Positions 25,001 through 36,330 of a stretch of 64,000 nt of DNA are shown one piece after another (positions within the stretch are counted from its first letter, which is position 1; each line of letters begins with the position of its first letter). The notes below the pieces were generated by a model. It saw nothing but the letters and a program-made list of their open reading frames with translations. It searched no databases and had not been told where the DNA came from. Position numbers and translations under genes: made by a program. Origin of the DNA: Klebsormidium nitens (taxonomy: Eukaryota; Plantae; Klebsormidiophyceae); assembly GCA_000708835.1 (NCBI GenBank), contig DF237059.1:130944-194943 (forward strand), written 5' to 3'.

Positions 25001-26997
25001 TTTAGGTGCGTCCTCCCGGTAACAATGTGTATCTCAACCAGGCTCAAGTCTACCTGAACCGGAGACTTATCACGGTACAGGAGGGTTTCGTTCGTGATCG
25101 GTTTTTTTAATACAGAGGAAATGTCGATGTACGCAGGTTTTGGGTATCACATTACCGGCAACCTTTTGCGAGTCTTCCTCAAAGTTCCTTCATGTGTTTT
25201 CCCTATACTCTGTTGGCTTCGACTGAAACTTTATCAGGTCGTAGAAGGCTCTCTTTATTTCTCTTCCTTAACGTCAGCTCGCACGGCAAAAGGGGCTTGG
25301 AAGGAACTCGATGGTCCCGAAGAGGCCCCCAAGGTTCAGCGTCGGGACGTTCGCGGAACACTTGCTATGTACAGCAAGAGGCTTCAAGGCAGAAACTGCG
25401 GATTGCGCCCTTGCCGCAGCCTGATTGAAATGGGCTTTCAGTATTGGATGGCCAAAGCTCGAAGCTTGATCGTACCGCAAATCGGGAGTGCTACCGAACT
25501 GCGTGCTGTTGCAGCACGTTCAGAAGCGGCAACTTAGACTCGAGCTTACCAGATCTCAACGGTCGCACAAGTTGAGCGCTTCTCGCAAATAGCGGGCATG
25601 CTGCTGTCCGCTTTCAGATTTCATCAGAATTCTTGTCGGAAATGCTTTTTGGACCTTGGACACGGTTTTCATTGCAGGAGTGGATCCGTTACTTGCTGAT
25701 TGGGCGCATGCTGCGCCTCTTGCGGCTGCTGACGTACATCGAGCGCTACCGCGCGATCGTGAACACGTTCCTGAAACTCGTTCCCGCGATGGGGCCTCTC
25801 TTCGGGGTCCTGTTTGGTTTCCTCTCGCTCTTCACCAGGTGAGGTCCGACGGTCTCAAGTCCGCTCTCCCTTCTTGGCCTGGTGTGCTCTTAATGTTTCC
25901 GTCAACCATGCATCTTTGCTTCGTCCTTCACACTGCTGTCTCTTCTGCTCGCTACTGGATTCACATCCAGCGCGGCAGACTGATTCGTCAGTCAGCCTGT
26001 TGAGCTTCGCACCGCTCTCTGGTCTCGAAGTAGTTGTACTCACGAGCCGTTGCATAGAGTCCTCTTTGTAAACGTTCTCAATTCACCCTGGACCACCATA
26101 GTCTGCCCATGAGAACTTGGTTCAGGCTCCTTTTCGTCCAACTTTTCACAGCCTTCTAGTTTCGTTTCCACTCGCCTCGTTTTTGCTCCTTTGTCCAATA
26201 TCGCCTGACTTCTCTTCACACCCGCAGCCTCGGGATCCACCTTTTCGGGGGGTTGGTGTACGAGAGCAACCCCCTGCTGAAGTCGACCCCCCTGAGCGAC
26301 CACAAGCCGTACAACTTCAACGACTACTCCGCGGGCATGGTCACGCTCTTCAACCTGTTGTGCCAGGCCAGCTGGCAGGTGAGTGACGTAAGCAAGGGAT
26401 GTGATGCGAAGTTAATGGGAAGGGATATAACGTAAGGCTCACACTCCCATGTCGTAATCTGCTAACGGAGGCCAGCTGGCAGCTGAAAGATTTGGTGACG
26501 CTAGCTATGAGCGTAACGCAGTCTGTGATCCGGCTGGCGTTAGATGGCCTCGATCTCAAGGCTGGCTAAGCAGGCCAGTGGGCAGGTTATTGACGGGGTG
26601 AACCGGTCACAAGCGCACTCAAAGTGCAGTCCACGTTTGCTGACAATCTCACAATGGTCACCGTTTTTTCCAGGATTGGATGGAGGGTTACGCCGTTTTG
26701 AGCGGACACCGCGCGCTCGCCCGGGCGTTCTTCCTCACCTTCATTGCCCTGGGGACGTACCTGGTGATGAACGTCTTCGTCTCATTCGTCATGGAGGCGT
26801 TCACCGTTGAGATGGAACTAGCGGCGGCGGAGAAAAAGGAGGAGGCGTGGCGGAGCGGGGGGCGGTTGAACCTGAGCGTTGCGCGCCATGGGGCTAATGT
26901 TAGGCCGGAATCGAGCCCCATGGAACGGTTGATGGATAAGATGTTTGGGGAGGGGGAGGGAGACGAGGATAAGGATAGCGCTGACCCAGGAGTGTGA
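19037..26997 (+). CDS. TPC1: Two-pore cation channel (plant TPC1 family, divergent filters), about 750 aa; exons 19037-19810, 20153-20268, 21138-21212, 21698-21808, 22703-22898, 23650-23823, 24683-24862, 25678-25838, 26228-26378, 26674-26997
   Basis: Colinear with Arabidopsis TPC1 motifs as I recall them: QAAALVDIAYDG.GLP, RLAPYLRVLIF, FEDT, NNPDVW, EF-linker DDSGDYKIQEDE, ETTLD, GANRFDFLITW, EWIRYLLIGRMLRLLRLL, NFNDY..GMVTLFNLL, FVMEAF. All nine introns are GT-AG and phase-consistent. The symbol denotes family membership; orthology to TPC1 versus the second plant TPC type is not established. Confidence 0.93.
22079..22740 (+). repeat. Intronic tandem array of about 155-bp units, each ending in a copy of the TPC exon-5 acceptor and exon start
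   Basis: ttgcagcgaccagctga occurs at 22079, 22234, 22397, 22551 and 22697 (the real acceptor). Confidence 0.9.
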
Positions 26998-27938
26998 ATA
27001 CGGGTCATGAATGTAAAGATAAGTTTTTTTGGAGAGGCTGACGATGCCCGTCAGCGTTTATTCGCATAGTACTTCAGGTTCGCCCGCAAGTCAGCAGTCA
27101 TTGTGAGCTGCACTCACTTTGTAGTATAAACCAAAGCGCGCGCAATCAGTTGCTGAGGAAGATATAGTACGCGTCAGCTGTTGCAGCTGAGCTCGATGGG
27201 CGTTGCAGAGCTTTTCTTAGCATAAAGTCACGAAGCGGTAAGTACTATTCAGTAAGGTGGATTTGGATGGCTGCATATGACCTCCCTGGAGCTATATCAT
27301 TTTGAGACCCCATGCGCACGTGTAATCAGGTAATGCTCTTCTTTGGGTCACTTTTGGAAAAGCCTAGCTGCCTCCGATTGAGTGAGCTTGATCGAATCTG
27401 GAGATTCGCAGTGGTCTGTGTCGGACTCTACATATGGGGCCACTATGGTAACTTGTCATGGATATATGATGATTAAATCATGCAAACGATTCGAACAGTG
27501 TCGTCATGAAGATGTGATCTGATTATGTGTTGCACATATGTTGAAAGACCTATAAGTTCTGAACATGATAATTGGCGGCATAAGTCGACATAATAGTAAT
27601 CGAGACATCTTCACATGCGGGCCCGTCTAGTTCAGACACTAGAATTGACTGTCTGTGATTGCAGCGCCACCAATGACGAGGCGGCCAGCTGCCATGGTAT
27701 GAGCAACGGCTCGTCAGTGAGGAGTCGCTGGCGGGGCTCGACCAGCAAACAAGCTAGAGCAGTCTTGGACATGTCCCGATCGAGCTCAAGAATACTGACA
27801 GCAAATCGTGATCTGCTGGATATTTCAGCTGCACAAAGTCAAGCAGATGAATAGCAGTTTGTCTCGAATATTGTAGATCACATAGAAGCAGCTGAAGAAT
27901 GCATGCTAACGCCGTTGACCATCTACCTATGTGTTCGA

Positions 27939-29434
27939 TTAGGACTCGGATAGTTGACATGCCCGCCTATGACCAGCTTGCCATGCCGTCTTTTGGCACT
28001 CTTTGCTGCAATACTTCACTTGCTCGCTGTTGCACCTTCCGCATACTTTCAGAAGACTTCCCCCCTCAGCCTTCAGGTCTCCACAAACCTGACACGAGTC
28101 TGATACTCCCTCCTCTTTGACCTTCTGAAGCCTTTTGCATTCAGCCATATGGGTTTTGAAGAATCTCCGCTGGCAGTCCTGCAAATGTCTCACGGGAGTC
28201 TGTCAGTTGCTTAACAGATGCACATTACCGCACAGTAGATGATACTCGCTGCCAAGTTACGAGTAACAACAGCTTCCGCTGTTACTGAGGGGCGTCCAAC
28301 CTTTGTCCAAACCACAGCAGGGCCAGGACTGAACCGCTACCAGTACTAGAGGGTCAAACCAATTGTGCTTGCAAGTTCCTAAAGTTGGGGCGTCATTTTG
28401 ACCGCTCATGTCACTAGACTCCTACAATTGAGTTTATAATCCTTCTTGTCAATTCTCTGTGCTCAGCAATTTGCCTGGAGCCTAGAATGACTGGACTGAC
28501 TGTGCTTCATTGTTTTGATAATACAGTCAGTCTGCATTCTGGCCTTTCCCCGTTCATACAGAGCACGCAGACTTCAATCTTTCCCAAGTGCAACATCTAC
28601 AACCGCATCTGCATCAATCCTTACCTTGCTGCAGAACAAAGCTATGGTTTCATTCACACAGTTCCTGCACCCCCTCAGCTCCAGCCCTTCTGGGGTCTCT
28701 GTCTTGCCACAAGCAGCACAACCCCGCAACGGCGCCGCCACAAAAAAGTTGTCTAACCCCAACATCTCCGTGCGGTACTCATCCGCGTACAGAGCTAGGA
28801 CAGTGAGTATCTTGTTGACTCGCTCATTCCCAAGGTCGTACACATCCTTTTGCAAAGCAATTCCCCTGGCCTCAAACTCCTTGAACTTTTCGACCGCTCT
28901 CCTCTCCTTGCAGTGGAAGGATTGCCCTGCCTTGATGTTATCCATATCCAGCATCATAACGAAGTCGTTAGGGAGCTGTCTCGGGAGCTTGTTTTTGGCC
29001 AAAAGGCTGGCAGCCATTGACCATGCGTGCTCGAGATCATCTTGAAGCTCGCTGCTGCACCAATTCTCATACAATGCCACCAGCGAACCCTGTCCATCTG
29101 AAACAAAGTCCTCAACATTAGACTCCGGAGTAAGCAGCGCAATCTGCTCCACCGAGTTCCCCCGCCTTAGGATATCAGTCCTCTTGGCCGGCATGTTTGC
29201 GACGCATGACTGGAGCAGATTCTTCTTTCCTGCCAAGCTTAACTCCGTCCACATCTTCTTGAAGCCCTCATGGTGCTCCTCCCAGAACCTCCTCAGGTTG
29301 TTCTTCAAGCTTCTGTTGACAGCCATCGGCCCGTCTGGTATCAAAAACAGGGGAGGCAGGTCCTCAGCTGTCTTCTTGTTGGCTGCGGTCGCGCATCGGC
29401 GCCCATCACCGCCTGTCCATTTTCCCTCAGCCAT
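27939..29434 (-). CDS. Protein with an uncharacterised N-terminal domain and two C-terminal MYND zinc fingers; exons 29434-28625, 28178-27939
   Basis: CAACGKTETPEGLELRGCRNCVNETIALFCSK|DCQRRFFKTHMAEC and CQVCGDLKAEGGSLLKVCGRCNSEQVKYCSKECQKTAWQAGHRRAC both fit the MYND pattern C-x2-C...C-x2-C...YCS.eCQ...W..H...C. One phase-0 GT-AG intron. Confidence 0.88.
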
Positions 29435-29885
29435 CGGTGCCCCAGCGAATGCCCTGTTTCTTGCTCAGAACCGAGCTGCTACACAAAATGCTCAACTTAC
29501 AAGGAATCCAGGCGCTCTTCACCTCACACTGAGGCCTCACACTGTCACAGTTGAAGTGGCCGTCGGCGTGAGGGGGAGTGCTTTAATAGGGAATTTACAT
29601 GTTAATTTAGTAGTTTGACGAACAGCAATCGTCAGGCGTCACAAACGGCAAACCAAGCAGGCTAGACTATAGACCAGGGCTGTGCCGGGACCAATAAACG
29701 GCAAATGGGAAGGACAGAAAGCAAACACGGAAAATATATTAATTAATCGTTTTCCATGTGCAAGCAAGGAACAAGGGAAATGCTGGTGCACTGACCAGTA
29801 CAGTGGTAGCCATAGCTGGAGCCTGAGGAAGGAGGAGCCATCTAAAGCGTTCTGTGACTTCTGTCTCTCTTATTTTGTGGGACGC

Positions 29886-32368
29886 ATGGCTTCTACAGCA
29901 TCCCGAATTTTAGCAAGAAGCGCACTTCATTGCTCCAGCCAAGCAATCAGCGGGGACCCCGCGTTTCGAGCGCAACCAGGGGCTCAGAAACCAGGCTGGC
30001 AACTAGCTGCACAACCCTCTTTTTCAAGCAAAGCATCCGTCAATAAACCGTTCCAAAAGGACAACAGGGTCCCAGCAGCTTGTCTTCCTCACACGTGCAC
30101 TGCATTTGGTCTGTACAGTCAAGTGTCTCCAGCTGGTCTCTTTCTGGATGCTTGTCTTCCTCACAGTGATTACACAGGGCCCGGTCCAACGATACCAGCG
30201 CAGCGTAATGCGTCTTGCTTTGGCAGGAATACTGAAGTCGTAGCTCAGAAGGACAGTAAATTGGGACAGCAGATGCAATCAGCAATGCCGTGGGAGTTGC
30301 CAGATGATTTCAAGTGTAGAGAGGCTACAAGATTCTCAAAGGGGCCGTTCAGGAAAGCTGCTCAGAGCTTTTACGTACCCAAGGCACTAAGACGGTACAG
30401 CTGGCTGAGGAATATTGTCAGCTCTCTCAGACAAGCATTTGCCAAGCATGCAACGCAAGAGATCGTACTGAAGATAGTTCTCACCCTTCTAGTGATTGGC
30501 ATCTTTTTCAGCTCACAGCGGTGGGCTCAGCTTATGCTTGGGGCGTCTACCTTATTTGCGGGAGTCGTATGTGTTGCTGAAAGTGTAACAAGCAAGAGGG
30601 AAGAACAGCGGCGGTGGGAGACGCGTCGGAGGAGGGTGGTCGTGCACGAGGCGGGTCACTTCCTGCTGTGAGTTCTGAAGCCCTTCTGTTTATCTGGAGG
30701 GATCAGACAGCTTTCATCTGCTAGTTCTGCTAAAGAAATATGATGCTCAATTTGGTTTTCCTCCTCTCATCCCTCGGGGCGCGTACTCGCCTCATCAAGA
30801 GGACCCCCAATTGTGCATTTGTTCCAAGAGGAGCTTCTTCAGCATCATTGGAAAGGGCTGGCCGAACATGGACCTCTTTTCTCCTCCCCGGAGGCGTTGA
30901 TGTACTGCAGATGACGTCCATTCAGACTTGTCTTGCAGCTAGAGGGAACCTTTTGACGGGTTCATCTAGCATTCTCAACCTCTACAGTTTGGCTTGAAAG
31001 AAAGCCTGTGAGCAATGCTATTGTGGTCAGTCAACGATGCGAGAACAGGCTTTGTTGGATATTCCCACAGGCCTTTCTTTCTCCTTACCTTGGCGCACAA
31101 GCGTTGCCTGAATCCTGCCCGTCTTTGAATGGACGACTCCTCCTGTATAGGTCCGTGTTGCTCAGGGTTTCTACAGTTGGTTATCCTGGTCGAACCGATC
31201 TGTCTAAGTATCGAAGCCCTCTGACTTTTTCTTATGCAATCATCTTACGTCTGCAGGGCTTATCTTTTGGGATTCCAAGTCATGGGCTATAAAGTACCGC
31301 CCAGAACGAGACCGGGGAAGCCATCAAAGACAACCGCTCCAATTCCTGAGCAATCATCGGGCAGCAGCGTGGAAGGCCAGACCTTTGTAAGTAAACTTCG
31401 CATGCATATTCATGTCCAAAGGTAACTTTTCAGTCTCAAGCAGATGTACCGAAGCCCTGAACGGAGCAGAACAGCGACCATCCTCCAGTATTCAGTGTGT
31501 TTGCAGAATCAGTCACCTGGAAGTGGGTTACGACTGCACGTCTGCCCGAACCGAAATGAGCGCTCCTCGGCCGTTCATCAAGGGCATGTTCTTCTCCCCA
31601 TCGACATTTAGCCTCAGTCCCCAATCTGGAAACTATCTTAGAACGGCCGCTCTTGTATTAGACCTTGTCAAAACCGCATGAGCGCCTGCTCCAATCCCCC
31701 TTTCTCCGTTGCCTTTCCATGAGATCTGTCCCTGCTGATTGGCCCCCACTGATAATATCTGCAAGCAAGACTTATAATCGACGATCGAGGAGTACCGAGT
31801 ACTCGCTCCGCTTTTGGCAATCGTCCCGAGGCCGTCCTCAGGATCCCTTTCCGGCATCAATTCGAACCGTTTGAACCGCTGTTGAAAGGAAAGGGCCGTT
31901 AATATTCACCGGAGAATCATCGAAGTCGGTGGACTTGATTCAAGACGCCCTTTGCACTTGCAGGTGTCATTGGCTGCCCTCAAGTATCCCTTCGAAGAGC
32001 CAGAGCAAATCGACGGGTACCTTCTCGGTCGGTTCGCAACGTTCATGATGGGGGGCCTCGCAAGCGAAGCCCTTTGTTTCCGGACCTGCGGGCAAGCACC
32101 AGGGAAGGAAAGCAGTAACTCGCAGACTGGCGACTTGGACATTCTTCGACAGCGTTTGCTTTCGTTCAGGCCCGATTGGTCCGTTCAGAAGAGCGATGGT
32201 AGGATGGTCGGTTCTCTGCCTACGAGAGTCGTGGCTTTCGAGAGAAGAGCTTTCCGGCGCGCGTGTGTGATATTGGCGCGGCACGGCAGCTCTTTGCATC
32301 GTCTGATAGAGGCGATGGATGCTGGGCGGCCTGTGCAGGAGTGCATTGATACACTCAATCGTGTTTGA
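29886..32368 (+). CDS. Stand-alone peptidase M41-like (FtsH protease domain without AAA+; VIR3-like plastid family); exons 29886-30667, 31257-31386, 31964-32368
   Basis: Transit-peptide-like N-terminus and two TM helices, then RRVVVHEAGHFLL|AYLLG (HExxH) and MGGLASEAL...TGDL (FtsH-type third Zn ligand). No Walker A/B motifs. Confidence 0.82.
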
Positions 32369-33181
32369 CTTGTGATGCAAGCCTGCAGTTCGAGCTGAGG
32401 ATCATCCGGCCGTTAATGCAGTTACTTTTTGAAAGTGCGTACTTAGGATGCTAGTTCTTGCTGCGTACGTCCATGGACGTACATGTCCACATATCATGAT
32501 GGCCACGGGGTCGCATGTCCGTCGGATAAGTCATGCAACATGACGTACCTGCTTTACTCGTCAAGGCTGTATTTCAACAATGAAGGGAAGACTGATGTGC
32601 ATGACAATTCTACATGTATATGCCAGGACGGTTGGGGGGATGTAGCATGGTCACTGGGGTGACCTGTGGCGTATGTGCATACACTTGTCGGATGCTTTTG
32701 GTCAGCCAATAAACGCGACTCAGGCTATAGAACGGGCTGGCAGGTGGGGCCATGACCAACCTCGCAACACCTCTTCGTAGCACACAGATGTATCCTTCCA
32801 TATGTCAGTGTGGCCCGGCCACACTGACCGGCGACCGGCATCGAGTGGTCACTCACAGACGCTTAACAGTCAGAATATTGCACGAGTTCAATTGATCTTT
32901 GAGTGCTAGTTGCATGACATTGCTGGCATATGCGGAGACATTTGCAGCGGGCCATCTACGTCAGTAGTATGTGAAGCTTCGGGCACTACCGTTTGGGCCT
33001 GTGTCAACGAGTCCCTGATCGAATAAACTTCCAAATTGCAACGAAGTGTTCTAACAAGCGCACAGCAAGTTGGAAGACTTTCCACCCCGAATCCAAGCTG
33101 AGTTGCTTACAATATATACATAAGTTCATCAAAGGGCGGTGACACCCCTCCGCAGAGGAGCAGGTTATGTACGTCAAGTCA

Positions 33182-34837
33182 TCACATGTGGCTCCCCCGC
33201 AGCTTTTTGCACTCCCGCTTGTGCCCAGCCTGCCATGCTACCGTCTGGCACTCCTTGCCGCAATACTTTACCTGCTTGCAGTGGCACTTGGAGCACTTCC
33301 TCAATGCGCCTCCTCCCTCTGACTCTAGGTCGCCACACACCTGACAGCTTCTGGATTTCCCCAGCTCTGCATCTTTCTGAAGCCTCAGGCACGCTGGCAG
33401 ATGCCGGACAAAGTCCCTTCTTTGGCAGTCCTGCGAAAATAAACAACGGATTGTTAGAGCTGATAAATCCCTTCGAAATGCAAAGTTGAGTACTCTAGAC
33501 TGACAATTCCTTTCATTGCAAACATTCCAGAAAGCTCCTCCACAATAGAGAAGATGCCATATAAGCCTGAAGCTTGGATCTCAGACCTGGTGCTTAGTGT
33601 CACACCAAGAAATACGGGGCTTAGATACTCAAAAAGGCCTTTTGGACCAAGGATCGAGTGAGAATAGCACTCGGGTGCATCCAAAGCTCTCTGATGCCCA
33701 CCCACAATTTTGCTTTTGTTGAGTGCCTTCAATCCAAAAAGGAGTCGTCACATAAACGAAGACCCCATTGATCCCAGTGAAGGATCCTTGAAGTTTGACA
33801 GACATTATGCAGCTGACAATCTTGGAGAAGTACTAGCTACAGCCAATTGACTAGGATGCTTTCATTAATTTCCACACCTGACCCACTGAACCTAGTTCGA
33901 ACGCATTTCATGAAGGAGCCAACTATGGGCTGCTGCTTCAAAGCAAGCAGTACATTCTCCAAGTTCGGATCTAGTTAAGAGTGATCTTCAACAAGTAACA
34001 GTAATCATGCTCACCTTACTGCAGTACAGCGCTCTGCTCTCATTTCCGCAGTCCCTGCATCCCCTTAGTTCCCCGCCCTCTGGTGTGTCAGGCCTCCGGC
34101 ACAAAGCGCAGCCCTTGACAGGTGACGATACATAGAAGAACTGGTCTTCACCCAGCATGTTCATTCGGTACTCATCAGCAAAGTGTGCCAAGAAGGCCAG
34201 TTTCTCTCCAAGGCGATGATTTACCAGGAAGAAGATATCTTCCTTAATCAGACAACCTCTGGCCTCAGCCTCTTCGCACGCTTTCAGCGTTGTGCTGTTG
34301 GCATCTACTTTGAAGCTCATCCCAGCTATAAGGGGAAGACCTTCTAGCATTGTGTTGGCCACTACGATGTAGGTGTGGTTAGGTGTCACCTGAGAGGTGG
34401 TCTCCATGTGTCTATATGCAACCTGAATGTCAGAGCTGACCTTGGCCAGCTTCTCCTCAAGCTTCCCATGGCAGATGTAATCAAAGGAGGAAACCAACGA
34501 GTTCTCTGTGTCTGACAACAGGTCTTCAACGTTCAGTTCGGCGCAAAGGGACAGGACATCTGCAAATGGCTCGTCGTCCTTTGATTTGTCTTTCGCTGTT
34601 GCTGGCAAGCACGCGTATACAGAACAGAGTAAGTCTCTCCTTCCCACCGCAAGTCAGTGCCCTCCACCTACTTCTGAAGCCCTCAGAATGCTGTGCCCAG
34701 AATCTCCTTAGGTTGTCTCTCAAGCTCCTGTGAATAGCTTCCCAACCGCCCACCAAATCCATGCACAGAACCAGATCCTGGGGCAAGATCTTCTTTCTTC
34801 CTACTTTCGAATCAATCTGCTTCACTTGCCAAGCCAT
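33182..34837 (-). pseudogene. Paralog of the double-MYND gene with one apparent +1 frameshift at about 34651 (pseudogene or sequencing error); exons 34837-34015, 33430-33182
   Basis: Aligns to the 27939-29434 gene (SLRDNLRRFW vs SLKNNLRRFW; ELNVEDLLSD vs ESNVEDFVSD; ADEYRMNMLG vs ADEYRTEMLG) and has the same intron position, CSK|DCQ. Exon 2 encodes DCQRRDFVRHLPAC...CQVCGDL...CSKCHCKQVKYCGKECQTVAWQAGHKREC. Removing one T from actt restores WRALTAVGRRDLL, aligned to WTELSLAGKKNLL. Confidence 0.8.
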
Positions 34838-36330
34838 AGGCACTAGTTGCGCCCCTGCTGCTTCTCAGTCGTCCCCTTGATCGTGTTCTGACGCATGAGC
34901 ACTGATGTTCGCAGGTGACGTCTAGACCGACAAGAGACTTTAAAGCTAGCCTGCGCCTCTTGACAAGCTGAGCCGAGCTTTGGAAACCAAAGCTCCGAGT
35001 CCCGGTCAGCTTTGAGAAGAGCTCTGAACCGCTTTGAAGTCGGAAGCTCAGGCTGGAGACAGTCTGAGTCAGCTGGCTGCTTTCTGCTTTCAAAGGTTTT
35101 TGGCGCGAAGGCCCAGGGTTTACCGTAAAACCCGACTTTCCGAGTCTATACCTAGTCGGACCCGCCGCCTGGCCGCGGATCGCCCGCCCGCGCGGGCCGG
35201 CCATGCACGGCGCGCTGTCCGGCAGCTGTGAGTCCCGGCCAGCCGAGAGCTCTGGGCGACGAGAACCGGCTATTATTTCAGCCTCGTGCCAAGCGAGCGC
35301 CACGAAGTGCCGGCTTCAAGCTTTCAAGCTTTGAATCGCCGGTTCCAAAATTCACGCGGTTCAGGGCGTTGCCTGCCTGGGTCATGTGTTGATACAGTAC
35401 ACAAAAACAACTAACCCCGGGTACCTTTGTGAAGATACTATAGCACCTGGCCCAGTTTGCAAGCTACAGCGGAGACCAGATGTTCCCCAGATGTTCAGAT
35501 GTGAATCACAGCCAACAAACAGACTCTCTCAGCTTTGGAGCACTGAGGCAGACAACGAGGTGACATTTCGCCTCCAATTAATCATGAGTACTCTCCCACG
35601 TCTAGCAGGATCTCGATGCCCTTGGCCAGCCGCCTTATTGCAGCACAAAAATTGGCGACCTGATATATGTGAGTCCTTTCGACGCTGCTCAACGAATCAA
35701 ATGTGCTGCATGACACCCGCGTGCGTTTGGACGGTCTGGCTGTGACGTCGGGTGCAGGCCGCGCCACGGCAGTGCTGAGAGTCACTGGATTGCCCGATTA
35801 CCGCCCAGTCACTCTGGCGCAATTGTAAAGCCTCAAATGCTTGCGTCCACCCGGTGATTACGTGAACAGCCCATGTCCCATGCATAATAAATGCCCACCA
35901 TGCTCCGTCCCTATCATCCGGCCTGTAATGTACTCCGCTCAGCCACTCAAGCCCCATGATGCCTCTGGCTGCAACCGATAGATAGCTAGTACTGTTTGAC
36001 GATAGATTGAAGCAAGTCAGTAGAGTAACGATTGGTACTTCACAGTGTACGGATCCATTTGCAACTTTAAATTGTTCAGCCCAAATCCCACCAAGGCATG
36101 CCGTTGCTTCAACTTACAACTCATTGGTGGTGTACGATTCTAGGACGAGACTGAACTAACTCAACAAGATCTTTGAACGCTCTTCCGATTTGGCTCTGAG
36201 TGAGGGTGCATTGAAAGCAATCAATCTTTTAATCTAACCCTTCTGAATGGTTGCTTTGATGGGCGACTCCTATCTGAGTACTATCAACGGGTCGAAAGAG
36301 TGTAATCTTCGGCAATCCGGCAGGCCCATT

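Noticed and set aside
35380-35990. Possible small exons (e.g. QDLDALGQPPYCSTKIGDLIY on +, GIMGLEWLSGVHYRPDD on -)
   Set aside because: Splice-like signals are present, but no coherent model or homology was found, so support is insufficient.
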